From contig CM052816.1 in assembly GCA_028534125.1 (NCBI GenBank), positions 66,590,001 through 66,654,000 of the forward strand: a stretch of 64,000 nt of DNA, written 5' to 3'. The notes below the pieces were generated by a model. The model searched no databases and had not been told where the DNA came from. It saw only the letters and a program-made list of their open reading frames with translations. A program made the translations under genes and the position numbers. Origin of the DNA: Lama glama. Lineage: Eukaryota. Shown here one piece after another: positions 13,251-26,000 of the stretch (position 1 is the first letter of the stretch; every line of letters begins with the position of its first letter).

Positions 13251-14754
13251 TGATGGTGGTGGTGGCATTATTCCCAGTTCTCTTCCCACCTCCCTGAACA
13301 CATCCTCTACAGCCTACTTTTCCCTGGCCTGATCCTCACATACAGGTACTTTCCAGGACTCCAGCCTGAGGCCCCTTCCCTTCTCACTCTACACGTGCTG
13401 CCTGGGTGATCTGCCTCATATCCACAGTAATTCATCACATAAAGCCATGCTGATCATCTCAAAGTTCTTCCCTGGACTTCTACGGAAGGCCTCTAGGCAT
13501 GTGTCTTTTTCTTCTCATCCCCTCTGGTTTTAATTTTCCTCCCACTGTACTTTTCCTGGAGCTAAAGCAGCACCTTGTGCCCCCAGCTCCCTGTGCTTAA
13601 AGAAGATAGTGCCTAATGGAGGAGCCTTCAGGGGCATAAATGAAGTCTGTTTGAGCAAATGCCCCCTTCCTCTGCCTGCCAGTGATGGAAATAAAACCAA
13701 CCACTCTTTAGATTCACCTAGCACTTCCTACAATTCTTTTGAAGGAGATAGTTTATCCTCCTGATCCACATGAAGGTTAGTGCTTTGTATTAGGACTGAT
13801 GAAAATTCCTCTTTAAATGCAAACATATCAAAAAAGAGAAGCAACAGGAAGCCCATTCGACCCAGTGGAACTCATCACTGAAGCTGGTTTACCAGGCTAC
13901 CAGGTTAGCTTAGCTAAGCGATCAGATAGAGGGAATGGAGGACAGGCTGGTACGTTTTGACAGGACAGGTGGAGGCTGAGAGACCTGGGAAGCCTTGGAT
14001 GGAGGAGGCAGTGTGAGTGAAGCGGTGCTGGGAGAAGCAGCAAGGGGAAAATCAAAACCTTTTCCTGTAAACAGTGCTGAGAGCCAGTTCTGCCCAGCAG
14101 TGTTTCCCAAAGAGGAGCTTGGAAGTCTCTGGATATTCTTGGTAGAAGTCTTAATAGCTGTTGTTTTCTAAAACTGTCCACAGAAGTCAGGAAGGGAAGG
14201 GTTAAGTGATGAAATAAACAACTAACTAACTAAAATTAAATATTATATATAAAATTTCAGATGTTCAGCACAAGAACAATTATTTAAGAAGAGGAATCAA
14301 AACTTGAGGCTGAGAGAAATACCAATGCACTGAAAAAGACTTGTGGAGCTTCAAGAGAAAGGAAATACTTGCTAAAAGTTAAAATGGAAACTAATATAAT
14401 CCCAATTCAGGAATACTTTATGGCAAAAATAGAGTTTCAGAGGAGAATGAGTGGAGTCTGGAAGAACTTCCAAAATGCATCTGTGTGAGCCCAAGCCTCC
14501 TGTCCAATGACAAAAATATAAGGCGATGTTCTCCTGTCATTCTAGCAGAGATTGACACTGGTTGCCAGCTAAGCAAGAACCAGACTTTAAACACATGTAT
14601 TTCAGCCTACCCATAAGGTCTGAAGAACAGTTAGCAGATGTGTTCCGTCAATGTGCTCTGTAGAATTCCATCCTATAACCTAGAACTTGTTCACCAAGTC
14701 GCATGGCCATTTCTATTGGAAGAGAAGAGGAAAAAAAGGGAAGTTCTCCTAGAA

Positions 14755-14897
14755 AGATACATAGACACTCTGTTTACAACCTTAGGGTAGAGAAGAATAT
14801 AGTAAAAAATACAGAAATTACAAACCATTGATGAAAAGAGTGATGATTTGACTCCATTAAAATTAGTAACATTTGTAAAATAAAAGACAGCATACAA
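14755..14897 (+). mobile_element. Old L1M ORF2 fragment
   Basis: acaaccttagggtagagaag..acaaaccattgatgaaaagagtgatgatttgactccattaaaatt resembles late L1 ORF2. Confidence 0.65.
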
Positions 14898-14959
14898 TTC
14901 ACTGTGAATTTTATGATCAGCTTTGGCAGAAAATAGCATTGGAAAGCACAGTTCTATAA

Positions 14960-15345
14960 AAATAACTTACTGTTTTGAATTTACAGGCTAACTTGGAGAG
15001 AATTGCTATGTCAATAATATATCATTACATTCATGAACATGACATTGCTTTCCATTTACAGAGGTATGTGTCTATGTTTTTTTAAGTTTTACATGTTTCT
15101 CCATAAGCCTGTACATCTTTTATTAGATTTATTTATTCTTAGTTATAAAATACATTTCGTTGCTATTGTAGATATTTAAAAATCTATTTTCTAATTGTCA
15201 CTGGTATAGGAATTCAATTGTATCTATCTATATCTTTCTGTATAGAATTTTTAGTTCTAGTAGTTTCTCTATAGATTATTTTAGTTTTGTATTTCACAAA
15301 CCTATTGTCTGTGAATAATGACAGCTGTGTTAATGTCTTTCCATG
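14960..15345 (-). mobile_element. Old L1M ORF2 (RT region) fragment
   Basis: tttgaatttacaggctaacttggagagaattg..cattcatgaacatg..ttccattta and ttgtctgtgaataatgacag match reverse-complement L1 ORF2. Confidence 0.75.
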
Positions 15346-15419
15346 GTATGGGGCTTGCCTCCTTCATATTCATTTTATCTTCCTGAATGATAGCTCCTAA
15401 GTTTGTTCACTGAAGCCAC

Positions 15420-15775
15420 ATATCCAACTAAATTTTCCAAATTCCTTTGTAAGTAGAGGTGCTGAGGACACACAGTTCTGACAAACGTGTCGTAAGTAGA
15501 AAATTTCTAGGAATCTTTGGGTGTTTTAAAAGGGACAGATTCATTTGGCATCCTAACTTTTGCCTTTTGCCCTTTGCTTGGAATGTGTGCGTGATGCTCA
15601 GGCATGCAGCAGCTATCTTGTGAACATGAAGAGGAAAACCCACACTGAAGCTGATAGAATGGAAAGATAAGAGATGCCTGATGACATTCCATAATTCTGA
15701 GAAAGCCTGGGACTACCTACGTCTAGAACTCTTACAGAAAGTGAGAAAAATAACCCCAAATTTAATTAAGTATTT
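15420..15775 (+). mobile_element. MaLR LTR (MLT1J/K-like)
   Basis: gcttggaatgtg..gtgatgc..gcagcagctatcttgtgaacatga..gcctgggactacctac..gtgagaaaaataacccc. Confidence 0.8.
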
Positions 15776-16204
15776 GCATGAAACTAAGACAGACAGGTGA
15801 AGAAATACATCTTTAATTGTTAAGCTTTTATTTATTTTGTCTATTCTGGTGTTTTATTCTATTTTGTTTTCCTCTTTCTAAACTGACTCAGTCTCAATTA
15901 CTTCTTATGGTGGATAATAAATATCATCTTTTAAAGGTATTCTTAAAATAAATTTTTAAAAGGCAAATAATGGGCATAATCTTCACAACAGTGTAAATGC
16001 AGGAAGGATTTCATACATCTGCATGAATTTATCAACTGAGAATGAAGGATAGCTGAATATATTTACTGTATACTATAGAAGCCATCAGGGATTGATTTAT
16101 TTTTTAAACAAGAATCAGTAAGAGTCATAGCCCTTTATCTTCTGCTACATATATATACAAATCACATGCATACTTGCTTGATTATTGATTCTCATATAAA
16201 AGAT

Positions 16205-16320
16205 AGTACAACATAGTGGTTACAAGTGTGGGTTTCATATTCTGTCAGCTTTGCTTCTAATCCCTGTACAGCCAGTTCAACTGTGTGACTTTAGACAAGT
16301 CACTTAACCACCCTTTCCAT
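16205..16320 (+). mobile_element. MIR SINE 5' part
   Basis: catagtggttacaagtgtggg..ctgtgtgactttagacaagtcacttaacc. Confidence 0.75.
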
Positions 16321-16669
16321 AATGATCTCAGGGTCTCTTGGGGAGAACACCACAGACACACCAAAATATGGTTGAATATTGAATGCTGTGAATAAAATAA
16401 AATAGGACTGAAGAATATGACTCCTGGTTTGATCAGAGTGCTGTGGAATAAATAATGTAGGTTTTGGAACCAGACCAGAACCAAAACCACTGCATTAAAA
16501 TTATCCCATAACCAACAATAGTTGGCTTTGATTTTTCTCTTTTTTTTTTCCTATTTCCTGTGCCTCAATCTTAAATACTAATCTAACATATGGATTTTTT
16601 TAAGGGTTAAACTTAGCTTGCCTTCTGAGGTAGTATGTTCTTCAGGGAAAAGCCCATACTATCTAGTTG

Positions 16670-16850
16670 GAAGTCCTTCAACCACCACTTTACTGATTCT
16701 GGAGTCTTGGGCAGGTTATAGTGCTTTTTGAACTTCACTTTATTCATATATGGTTTCTAATACTACTTGCTTTAACTACTTCGTAGAACTTTCATGAGGG
16801 TCAAATAAAATAGTTAACATGAAAGTTTTTTGTAGCACTACTCAAATGTC
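16670..16850 (+). mobile_element. MIR SINE
   Basis: cttgggcaggtta..gaacttcactttattcat..catgagggtcaaataa. Confidence 0.6.
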
Positions 16851-17869
16851 ACATTTCACACAGCATTTAGCCCCATGATAGGGTTATAGGATATTCTCAA
16901 TAAAAAATTAGATTATTGAGTTCTGGATCCTTTCTTATTTTCATGTTAGATTTAGTGGCTAAAATAATGTACCTTAGAAGTATAAAGATGTAGCATCCTG
17001 AAATGTCCAATAGGTTTGACCTCTATGATTTCTCTACTACCCCACCATTTTTTTCTTCTACACTATACTTTCAAGTTTCCAGGCATGAGACATATAATAT
17101 TAGAATAACCCATATCCTAGCTCTTCAAAGAAGGGAAAAATATCTTTACCACCTTGTCGTAGCTACATTTCAGTATCCTATTTCTCCTGCAGGGTCAACC
17201 AGCAATTAAAATTATCCAGTTGGTAACTGTCTTGTCAACACCAGCTGACAGCCAAACTGTACTCTGTTATTCTGAGCTTGTAAAATATTCTCAGCTCTTA
17301 GTAGTCTCATATAATGCTTTGAAGACTCCTTTAGCTAAATATAGTACCTCTATTAAAGATCATTATTACCCCACCTAAAGTTAACCAACACTGTTTGGTC
17401 ATAATAATTATTCAGTCTCATGAAAAGTACTTTTCAAATATGTGATAGAATTTCCTACCCATGAGGATCTTTGCATATGAAATTATCTTCAAAATGAAAT
17501 ATTAGTAACGTTGAAGCTCATATCCCACAAACTAGCCTGGAATTCTCCCCAGTCATTCCCTGCAGGAAGTAATCTGGTGTTGATCTCAGAAAACGAGAGA
17601 AAAATACTGCTCCTGTTTCTTACATCTCTCATTCCTAGGAGAATTAGAAGCCGAGTATGGGAAGAGAATTTTAAAGTTACAGATTGTGAATAACTGTTCC
17701 CGACAGAGAAAAAGAGATGTTAAATGGCTAATGATAAGATTTCAAGGAGATGATTCTGCATTCTATTTTCAAGCCAGTCAGATTTAGTTTAAATCACTAC
17801 TTTATATTATACATTACTGTATTCATGTATGAATTGTTGTGTTGTTTCTTTCTTTATAACGTCTTCTAA

Positions 17870-18235
17870 TCTGTCTCTTGCTGCTTTTATTTCCAAATTT
17901 CTTGTCCACTCATCCATTCACCTCTATATTACTGCCTACAAAGCCTGCTTCCTTTTTGCTCTTCTTATATTAAATGCATCAATCTCTAATCTGTTTGATA
18001 TATCACTACAGATCATTTTTTTCTTTAAAAAATTCATTTTTTTATGTCACTTAAATACTTAAAAATCCGTAGTGGCTCTCTCTGTTTCTATCAGGAGAGG
18101 GAAAAGAGATGAGGAACCAAAGATGACTCTAAGGTTTGAGCAACTAGGTATGTGGAGGTGACACTAACACAGGGGACCCAGGACAAGGAGTCAGGTTTGG
18201 AGGACCATAGGGAGATGATGAAGGCAGTTGAGTGC
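17870..18235. mobile_element. Adjacent degraded L2 fragments in opposite orientations
   Basis: tatgtcact..cttaaaaatccgtagtggctc on + and aaccaaagatgactctaaggtttgagc on -. Confidence 0.5.
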
Positions 18236-19529
18236 CTAGTATATTACTAGGAGCAGATAATGCACACATACAATCGAATACAGACACACATATACACATC
18301 TGAGTTTCCCTTTCTCTGCCCTGCAATAGTCTCCCTATCAAAAAAGATAATAGTCATTTTAAGAGAAGGTATCCTCCATGTTACTTTAAACCAAATATAA
18401 ATCAATCCACATGAGCACACACGCCCTAAAGCTTTAGTGGAATGTAACAGGATATGGCGTTTTGCAGTTACTTAGGGAACTCTTCAGCTTTCGAAGCTGA
18501 GAGCATCACAGCTGGTAAGTACTTGGGAGAAGGCAGGGGAGCCGTCAATAGGGAAAATAGCTTCTTCAGTCAGCACCTTTAGTTACATCTGGTGCCAAAA
18601 TAAGCAGGTGGTTTTTCGTTAAAACCTTATTATTTGAAGGTGTTTCTCTAGTTGCATTAATTGAAGCACACACCAACAAAGGCAAATTGCTGTTTAGAAA
18701 TAATTTCTCCTGTTTTTCCTATGTTGAATGGGGCCCATTAACCAGAAAGCATAACTTCCCTGCAGAATGGCTGCTTTTCTTCCCCGTTATTGCTTCATTT
18801 AAGACAATTATACTCTCTAAAGCAAACACTTAGGTCTTAGATCTTTCAGTGCAGAAATAATCCTGTTGAATTGGGTCATTGTGCATGTGTCTGGCAGCCA
18901 CTTCCAGGGCTCAGCCAGTAGCTCGTTTCAAAGACAAATGATAATTTGCAGATTCCATCAATGGAATTGAAATTAGTCTTGTACGTCCTAATATTTTGTA
19001 CTTTGTCTGCAGCTGCCAAAAATGATCATCTTTTCTTAACACTGAGCTATATTGGGCTAAATCCAATTCAGCAAATCTACCATAATTACATTTCGATCAA
19101 CTATTTAGAGGTATACCATGTTCTCTTCTCAGAAAACTGAGGCACCTACAGACAATGGATCCCAACCTGTCTCTGTCCTGTAGCTGTGGTTGCAAAATGA
19201 CTAGGAAGGAAGTAGATTTCCTGTGGAGGAACAGGTAGCCTTTCTTGCATCACAGACCTTGCTATGAGCCAATGACATTCCTGGTGGATTGCCTGTCACT
19301 TCAAAATACCTGCACCTTGTGAGTGGGGGTGATGGGGAAGCTTGTCAGGTAACTGCTTATAAATCAATTCCTCAGAATGATAAGGACCTCAAAACCATTC
19401 ATTTGGTCCCAAAGAAAAGCTGGACTCTATTCCTATCCCCCCATTACCATAAACCAATAACCTTGAACAAGAAGTACCACCATCTTCAACAAATTCCAGT
19501 TCTAACAGTGTTAACAAACAGACAATGTC

Positions 19530-19768
19530 ACATGATGCTTACTTTGTACCAGGTGCTGTTCTGAGCACTTTATATGTACAAATGTATTGAATCCCCACCA
19601 AGCCTAATAAGGAAGTTGCTGTCTTAGTATTTCCCCCCATTTTACGTGTACAGATACTGAGGCTAGGCAGCTCAGGAACTTGCTCAAGTTCATGCAGCGA
19701 TTAACTTGAGAGTTAGTGTCCCAACAAAGGCAACAGGACTCCAGTATCCCAGCTCTTGACCATTTTAC
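19530..19768 (-). mobile_element. MIR SINE
   Basis: gcttactttgtaccaggtgctgttctgagcacttta..ccccatttta..actgaggct..acttgctcaagttca. Confidence 0.85.
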
Positions 19769-20389
19769 TGGAGTTATTTCCATTTTTCAGCATCTGATAA
19801 CCCTTTCTACTGAGAAATATTTCTTTAAATCTTCCTTCAAGCATTCCTATTATTATTTTGGCTGTTTTCTTGTGGGCATATTTTCACCTCCTCAACCTGC
19901 TTTTCTCTCTCCTGTTTTCTATCCTCCACTTGGTCTTCTATCAATGATCATGTGTTAAGCACTGTTCTGTGTACTGTTCCTTAACAGGCACAAGATAGTT
20001 TCACTTAAACAAGGAGCAAGCTTTGCACACATGCTACAACTAAATTCTTTGGCAATTAATTCTAGTAAAGGTAATATTTATATCACTGGTAGGAACTTAC
20101 TTCGAGTACATTTTTTTACTCCTTTTTAAAAACTCTTAATTTTATACTTCCTTATCTTTTCCCCCAACTTTACTATATATCACCTTTGCCACTCCCTGTT
20201 ACTTTATTTTAACTCCTGGTTACTTGATTTAGTGCTTGCCAAATGTCATGGATTTTTATTTTCAGGTGTGATAACTACAAAAACTTCAAATTGTTCATTT
20301 CCTAACGTTTCTCTTAAAAACACTCTCTGAAGCCTTAAGGTTCATCTAGACACCAAGCCAAGCTACTTAGATGTTTCTCAAAGCTGTTC

Positions 20390-21020
20390 CCTCCAACCCC
20401 ATTGCCACTGTGTAAGTCCCACCTCATCTGAACAATTCCAACAGTCACTAACTAGTTTCTTCACCTCTATTTGCATCACGTTTAAATCCATTTTCTACCC
20501 AGATTTTGTAGTAGTTTCTCAAAAATATGAATTTATCGTTATCATGCTCTGGCCTAAAACCCTTTAGGAGTTCCCTAGCATCTATGGGATAAAGTCTCTG
20601 TTCTTTTCGAGGGAACTTCCGGCCCGATTCCCAGGCCCTGGCGTTGCTCAGTTCAGGCGTACATCCTCTGCGCATGCCCGGCTGCTCTCCTTGCTGTCTC
20701 TTTGCCCTGCTGCCTCTCCGCAGAAACAATCCCCCCTCTTCTTCGCCTGGCTAACTACCTGTCATCTGGGCAGAGTCAGCTCCCAGACTATTTCCTTTAG
20801 GATGCCTTGGCTCTCTTTCCTAGAGAGTCTTTACTGCAAAACTCTCTCACTAGATTGGCTATTTCTTTCTATTTTCCCCAATCATGCGTTTATCACATTG
20901 ACTCGAATAATCTGTTTCTTTATTTGCATCCTTCACTATATTAGGTCAACTATCTGTCCATTAGGTTGTATTCATATTCAAGTGCTTAGCTCAGAGTAGA
21001 TGTAATAAATATCTGTGGAC
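20390..21020 (+). mobile_element. L2 LINE 3' fragment containing a CpG-rich patch
   Basis: atccattttctaccc..tcatgctctggcctaaaaccctt..gggataaagtc..cgcctggctaact..gtgcttagctcagagtagatgtaataaatat follows the L2 3' motif order. Confidence 0.8.
20608..20745. promoter_or_regulatory. Candidate regulatory element: CpG cluster with ETS, kB-like and NRF1-like motifs
   Basis: 9 CpGs in 138 bp. ACTTCCGG at 20615-20622, GGGAACTTCC at 20611-20620, TGCGCATGCCCG at 20669-20680. Confidence 0.4.
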
Positions 21021-21814
21021 CTGAACTGAGGTTTTCCATATTCTTCAATAAAGTAGGAGACCTAGAGCAGACAAATCCTAGCAAGGGTTTGATTTTTTCA
21101 TGGAGAGAAAAGGAAGTTTATTTCAGTGTCTCATAGACCCTGTAGTTTGACTGCACATTTTAAAACTTTACTTGCTTTGACACTGTCACAGGATTAACCC
21201 ACCCAAGAGAAGTTAACAAAAATGATGATGTTGGAGCCCCATTCTGTTTAAATTTAAATTTCCTTCTGGCAGGAAATGTCAGTGCTGATGATAGAATTAG
21301 AGGACCGACTTTTGCTCTCCTGCTGAGCTTAAGTGAGCCACAAGTAGGTCAAACGTCTCACTCCCTGAGTCAATGGCTCTTCCTGAAATAGAATGCAGAT
21401 GGATAAATTGCTTCTTTCAAGCACTGCTCAGACAAAGCCAGTGTTCTGATAGAAAACCAAGCACAGCTAGAAATCAACAAGGATGCCAATATACCTGTTA
21501 AGAAAAAATATTTGTGGCAAAGATTTATGATGCAGTGAGGCTATGGACATATTCCAAGTAGGTTTCAAAGAAAGCAATGTGTTACCAATATTAGGACAGA
21601 AAAATAATTCAACTCTACAGATTGAATGTAGTTTAGGTTTGGCCTAAAGGAATATACTTGATCCATAAATATGACTTAATTCATCTTCTACAAAAACGCT
21701 GCCAGTATTCTGTTGTCAATGTTTAAAAGTAATATTTTATGTGACACTTTTAAAATGGCATGACTAAGGGTGGATGTGAAGAAGACTCAGTTTTCAAGGA
21801 GTAAATAGAGGAAG

Positions 21815-21990
21815 TTGGCCTTCCACGATCTGGTGTCTCTCCTCTTCACCCCAATTTCTTAACACTCCTGGCCATGACCTCCAGATGCCAGCCATGCTGA
21901 ACTCTTATTCCTAACATACTATTTCTTGCCTCTATGCCCTAGCACATCCTGTTGCCCAATTTTTGTCTGTCCTCATCCATCCTCTGCACT
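21815..21990 (+). mobile_element. L2 fragment
   Basis: ggccttccacgatctgg..ccagccatgctgaact..tttcttgcctctatgccctagcacatcctgtt. Confidence 0.6.
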
Positions 21991-22029
21991 CTTATGATAC
22001 CATTTGTAGCTGCTTGTTAACCACACTTA

Positions 22030-22192
22030 GCATGTTGATACCTGCAGACAGTTTTGATTGGCACACCTGGATGGGGAGGAGGGGCTTGTGCCATTGGCAT
22101 CACATGGGTAGCAGTGAGGGATGCCACTGAATATTCTACAATGCACAGGTCTAATTAAAAAAATTAAATAGTGCTAATGTTGAGAAGGCCTA
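22030..22192. mobile_element. MER20 hAT-Charlie MITE, partial
   Basis: cattggcatc..tgggtag..gagggatgccactgaatattctacaatgcacagg..aatagtgctaatgttgagaa matches MER20. Confidence 0.8.
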
Positions 22193-22779
22193 GTTTAGAA
22201 TATCTGCTACATCACATAAGCTGAGTTAATGTCTGAGGAAAGAAGGAAGGACCTGTTTATTTAAAAAGCATGTTTTTAGCAATTTCATAATGACAATGAT
22301 AACATTTTTGAAAATGACTGTCAATAATAAGAATCACTTATAAAGTCTATTTAGATTAAAGCAATTCAATACACCCAAGCTTTTAAGAAAAAAAAATTGG
22401 AAAAAATCTAGAACTGCATGCTGATTTCATTTCCAGGTATAACATTTAAACACTCAATTTGATGACAGAATGCAATATTTTTTTCCAAGAAGGAAAATGT
22501 TAGATTCTAGGAGGACCACATTTCAGTTTGGATAGGATCTGGATTTTTCTAACAATTTGTGATATGGCACTTGGCTTTCTTGGTGAGAGCCCGTATACCA
22601 AGAGACCCATTGTTAAAGGAATCTAGTTCAGTAAGTGTATACACTCTAGGCACCATCCCTAACACCTTCTACTTGTCTTAGGCTGAGGAATGCAGTGCAT
22701 CTGGACTGGAATAACTACCCTCATAGAAGGAATTCCTTTACCATCATCTCTCTCTCTCTCTTTCTTTTTTTTTGTGAGT

Positions 22780-23060
22780 TGTTCTTTTGGCTGTTGTGAA
22801 TAGTACCGCTAACAGTACAAGTTTTGTTTGAACACCTGTTTTCAATTCTTTGGAGCTTATACCTGGGAGTGTTTTTGTTTTCTTTGGATATATATCCAGG
22901 AGTGGAATTGCTGGATTGTACTGTATGTCTATTTTTAGTTTTCTGAAACCTCCATACTGTTTTCCATAATGGTTGTACCACTTTACATTCCCACCAGCAG
23001 TGTACAAGGGTTCCCTTTTCCCAACATCCTTACTAACACTTGTTATTTATTGTCTTTTTT
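22780..23060 (-). mobile_element. L1 ORF2 C-terminal fragment(s), apparently two joined pieces
   Basis: Minus-strand translations VQPLWKTVWRF and YNPAIPLLDIYPK are L1 ORF2p motifs. Confidence 0.9.
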
Positions 23061-26000
23061 GTACTTCTCTGTTCCTGTCTCTCCTCCCTTGGGAAAATGG
23101 TCTTCTGTCCTTCCATTTTGCAGCAATACAGGATAAAACTTATTACTGTATAACCACAGCTGAAAATCTACTAAGTTCTTTGTTTCATGTGCAGGGAACA
23201 TATTCAGAATGAACTCGGACTACTGTACAAACCAGATATAAGGAGTTTGTTTAGCTCTACCTGTGCTGGTCCTAATCTTCAAGTCTGCAGCTACCTTTAA
23301 ATATATTATTTCAGATTTATATAGAAATTAGAACATTATCAAAACTATATAGCATAATCAGATACCTAGCAGAAAGAAAACTTGCTGTGTAGAAAACTTA
23401 TGAGAGTCAATGCATCTTCAAACTGAAATGGTCTTGAGAGGTTATCCAGGCCTCCTCATCTTGTGTGCTTATTGGACGATGAAAGAGGAGAATGGGAAAT
23501 TTATAGCAATCTTGCTAACTAGAATCCTGGGTTTTAAAAAGCCCTTTCAGGGCATTTAATTCTATTCTTCTATGAAATGGCTTCTCAGTACACAGGAGAG
23601 AGGAACTCTTTCTATCGCCCCTTCCTGTATTTAATTCTTAAGCCCCTTCAGGCGATGAGGGCATTAGTGGATACCTAATGGTTCTGCATGAGCCACGCAG
23701 GGAATGGAAAATCCCACAGATATTAACAATGCCAAGGCAGGGTGGATGTGGAGGGGGGGTTATTTGGGACCGGGTTGGGGAGGGAGCGATTCTGAGATGT
23801 GTTAAAGCAGAATTGCCCATCTTGTCCTTTCTACTTCTTCGAAGTCCTACTTAGAAAGAGCCACATCTTGATCTGCGCATGCACAAAAGTCAGTCTGAAG
23901 GTGTATGCACTGATCCAAGGGGATGTAGAAGGTGGGGAGGTCCAACCCCATTTGCAACTCAGGTTCTTCTCTAGAGGGAAGGGAACGGGTAAGGAATCTG
24001 CCTTCTTCAAACATCAGCTACTGAGTTAAACAAAATTGGTGTGTCTTAAGTTTGCCATCAGCATAAAATTCTCAAGTTCTAGTTATCAGAGCTGGTGATG
24101 GGGTAAAGGTGGAAGGAAAATTCTAAAAACAAACAATTGTCCAATCTAATTAATATTATAATAAATCTCTAGTGATAGAAAAGAGCAAATGCATACAGAT
24201 GAAATTGCCTTAGTAAAGAAAAGGGGAAATGCTGCTTCAAAATTTAATTTTGTACTGAGAAAAATGATAACCCAGTCCAGTGATGGTGTCACTCAGATGA
24301 ATGAAGTTCCTGGAACACTGTGAGGACTTTGCTTTTCTTTTCCTCTCTTTCCAACAGACAAACCTGGATTGATTGTTTTGTGTTCCATGTATCCTAGCTT
24401 CTCTAGATGGGAGTTTCTATTTAGAAATGAATCATTGTAGCAGATGCCTCACTGGTATTAGTGTTAATAGGAGAGCATTTTGTTTTAATGTTTCCCAGTA
24501 GAAGAAGGCATGTCCTGTTTTCCAAGAATACCTGGTAGGAGTATTTGGGCCTTGCATTAGTTAAGTGTTCTTAGGCAGGAATATGACAGATTTGCCATCT
24601 ACTGCTGCCTTTTTTCAAAAATGCATGCATCATCTAAAGAGTGAGTGAGTCGGGATTACACCACCTTCAGTCTTCTGGCTGGCTGTTCATTCTTGGCCTT
24701 ATACTCAGCCAGCCATACCTCTTTAGCATTAGGAAGAATGAGCATCAGGATAATGTCTCATGGTAATCAACCTTGTCTACTAAACTGAATTCAACATCCA
24801 ACAAAGTACACATTCCATCAAAGAAAGTTTGACCAGACTTTGGAGTTATTAACTGTTTTGTATTTATGGTCTTTGCTTTGAAAGTAGTGTTGATATATAG
24901 GATTTGTAGCCAAGATTTTTCTCTGGGCAGTTGGTCAACTCGGCATATAAGGAATTTGAGTGAATTGACATGTATTTTCTTGAGGTTGATTTTTTTTCTT
25001 ATTCCTTAGTCTATGTAGCATATCATTTATGAGTAGAGGGATCATTTGTCATGAAATCAGGGAAGCTTTTGTCTGGGAATATGCTAAAGTAGAAGGGAAA
25101 CCTGGACAGCAGACACACACTGAGATGGCCCCAGGCAAATGGAAACTGTAAGTCACCTTACATCTGAAGAAATGGCCTGGAGACAACAGACAGGACTCCA
25201 GACATGGATTTTAAATGAGAAGCCTGGCAGAGAATTGTATCTTCTTTTCAACAAAGGCACTGAGTACTTTATAAGATGAAATCTATGCCTGCGAATTATT
25301 CCTACTTGCTTGGTCAAAGAAAGAGCAAAGGCCACAAAGAAGTAAAGCCTGTAGGATAATGGCTGACCTACCAAACCATGGAGATCACAGGAAGTACAAG
25401 GAAGGGATTTACTAGCATTTGAGTTCAGTTAGATCAACGGAAAAAGTAGACTTTTGGAAGATGGGGCAGAAGAAATATATTCTCATTTATGGCTCAAAGA
25501 GCACATCACCAACTCGTCTTCAGTGCCAAAATAAAAATGAGGTTATAACCTTGCCATTTTCACCACCATGAACCATGGTGTTATGCATTAATTCTCGCAT
25601 TTCATTCTCCTATTCCTTTTCACAGGACTTGATGTGTTGATTTTAAAACACATATAAAACTTACTCTACCTTTATTATAGACCCTGTGATAACAATCTTG
25701 AAATTCTTATCCTCACTAGGACTTTACTGTGAGTATTTGAAGATACATGTGCTTTTACCTGCTTTTCCTATTTTGTTAAACTTACTGGTTGGTTAGTTGA
25801 TGCTGTTTCATTGACTTGAATAAACATTTTTGGAATTTAACAGTTTCTCTTTAAAGTCAATCAGAAGCTTTGGCATTGATCAATCCCTTGGCGATAACCC
25901 TAACTAGTATCTGAATGGGTCATGTGATCTCAACCTTGCCAAGCTTTGGAGATTCTGTGCTCTATTTTGACTGATCGGTGGTTGCCACTGCCTGCTTCCA

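Noticed and set aside
24330..24360. Strong polypyrimidine tract plus AG (also near 33110, 49117 and 55674)
   Set aside because: No well-placed donor or recognisable reading frame follows.
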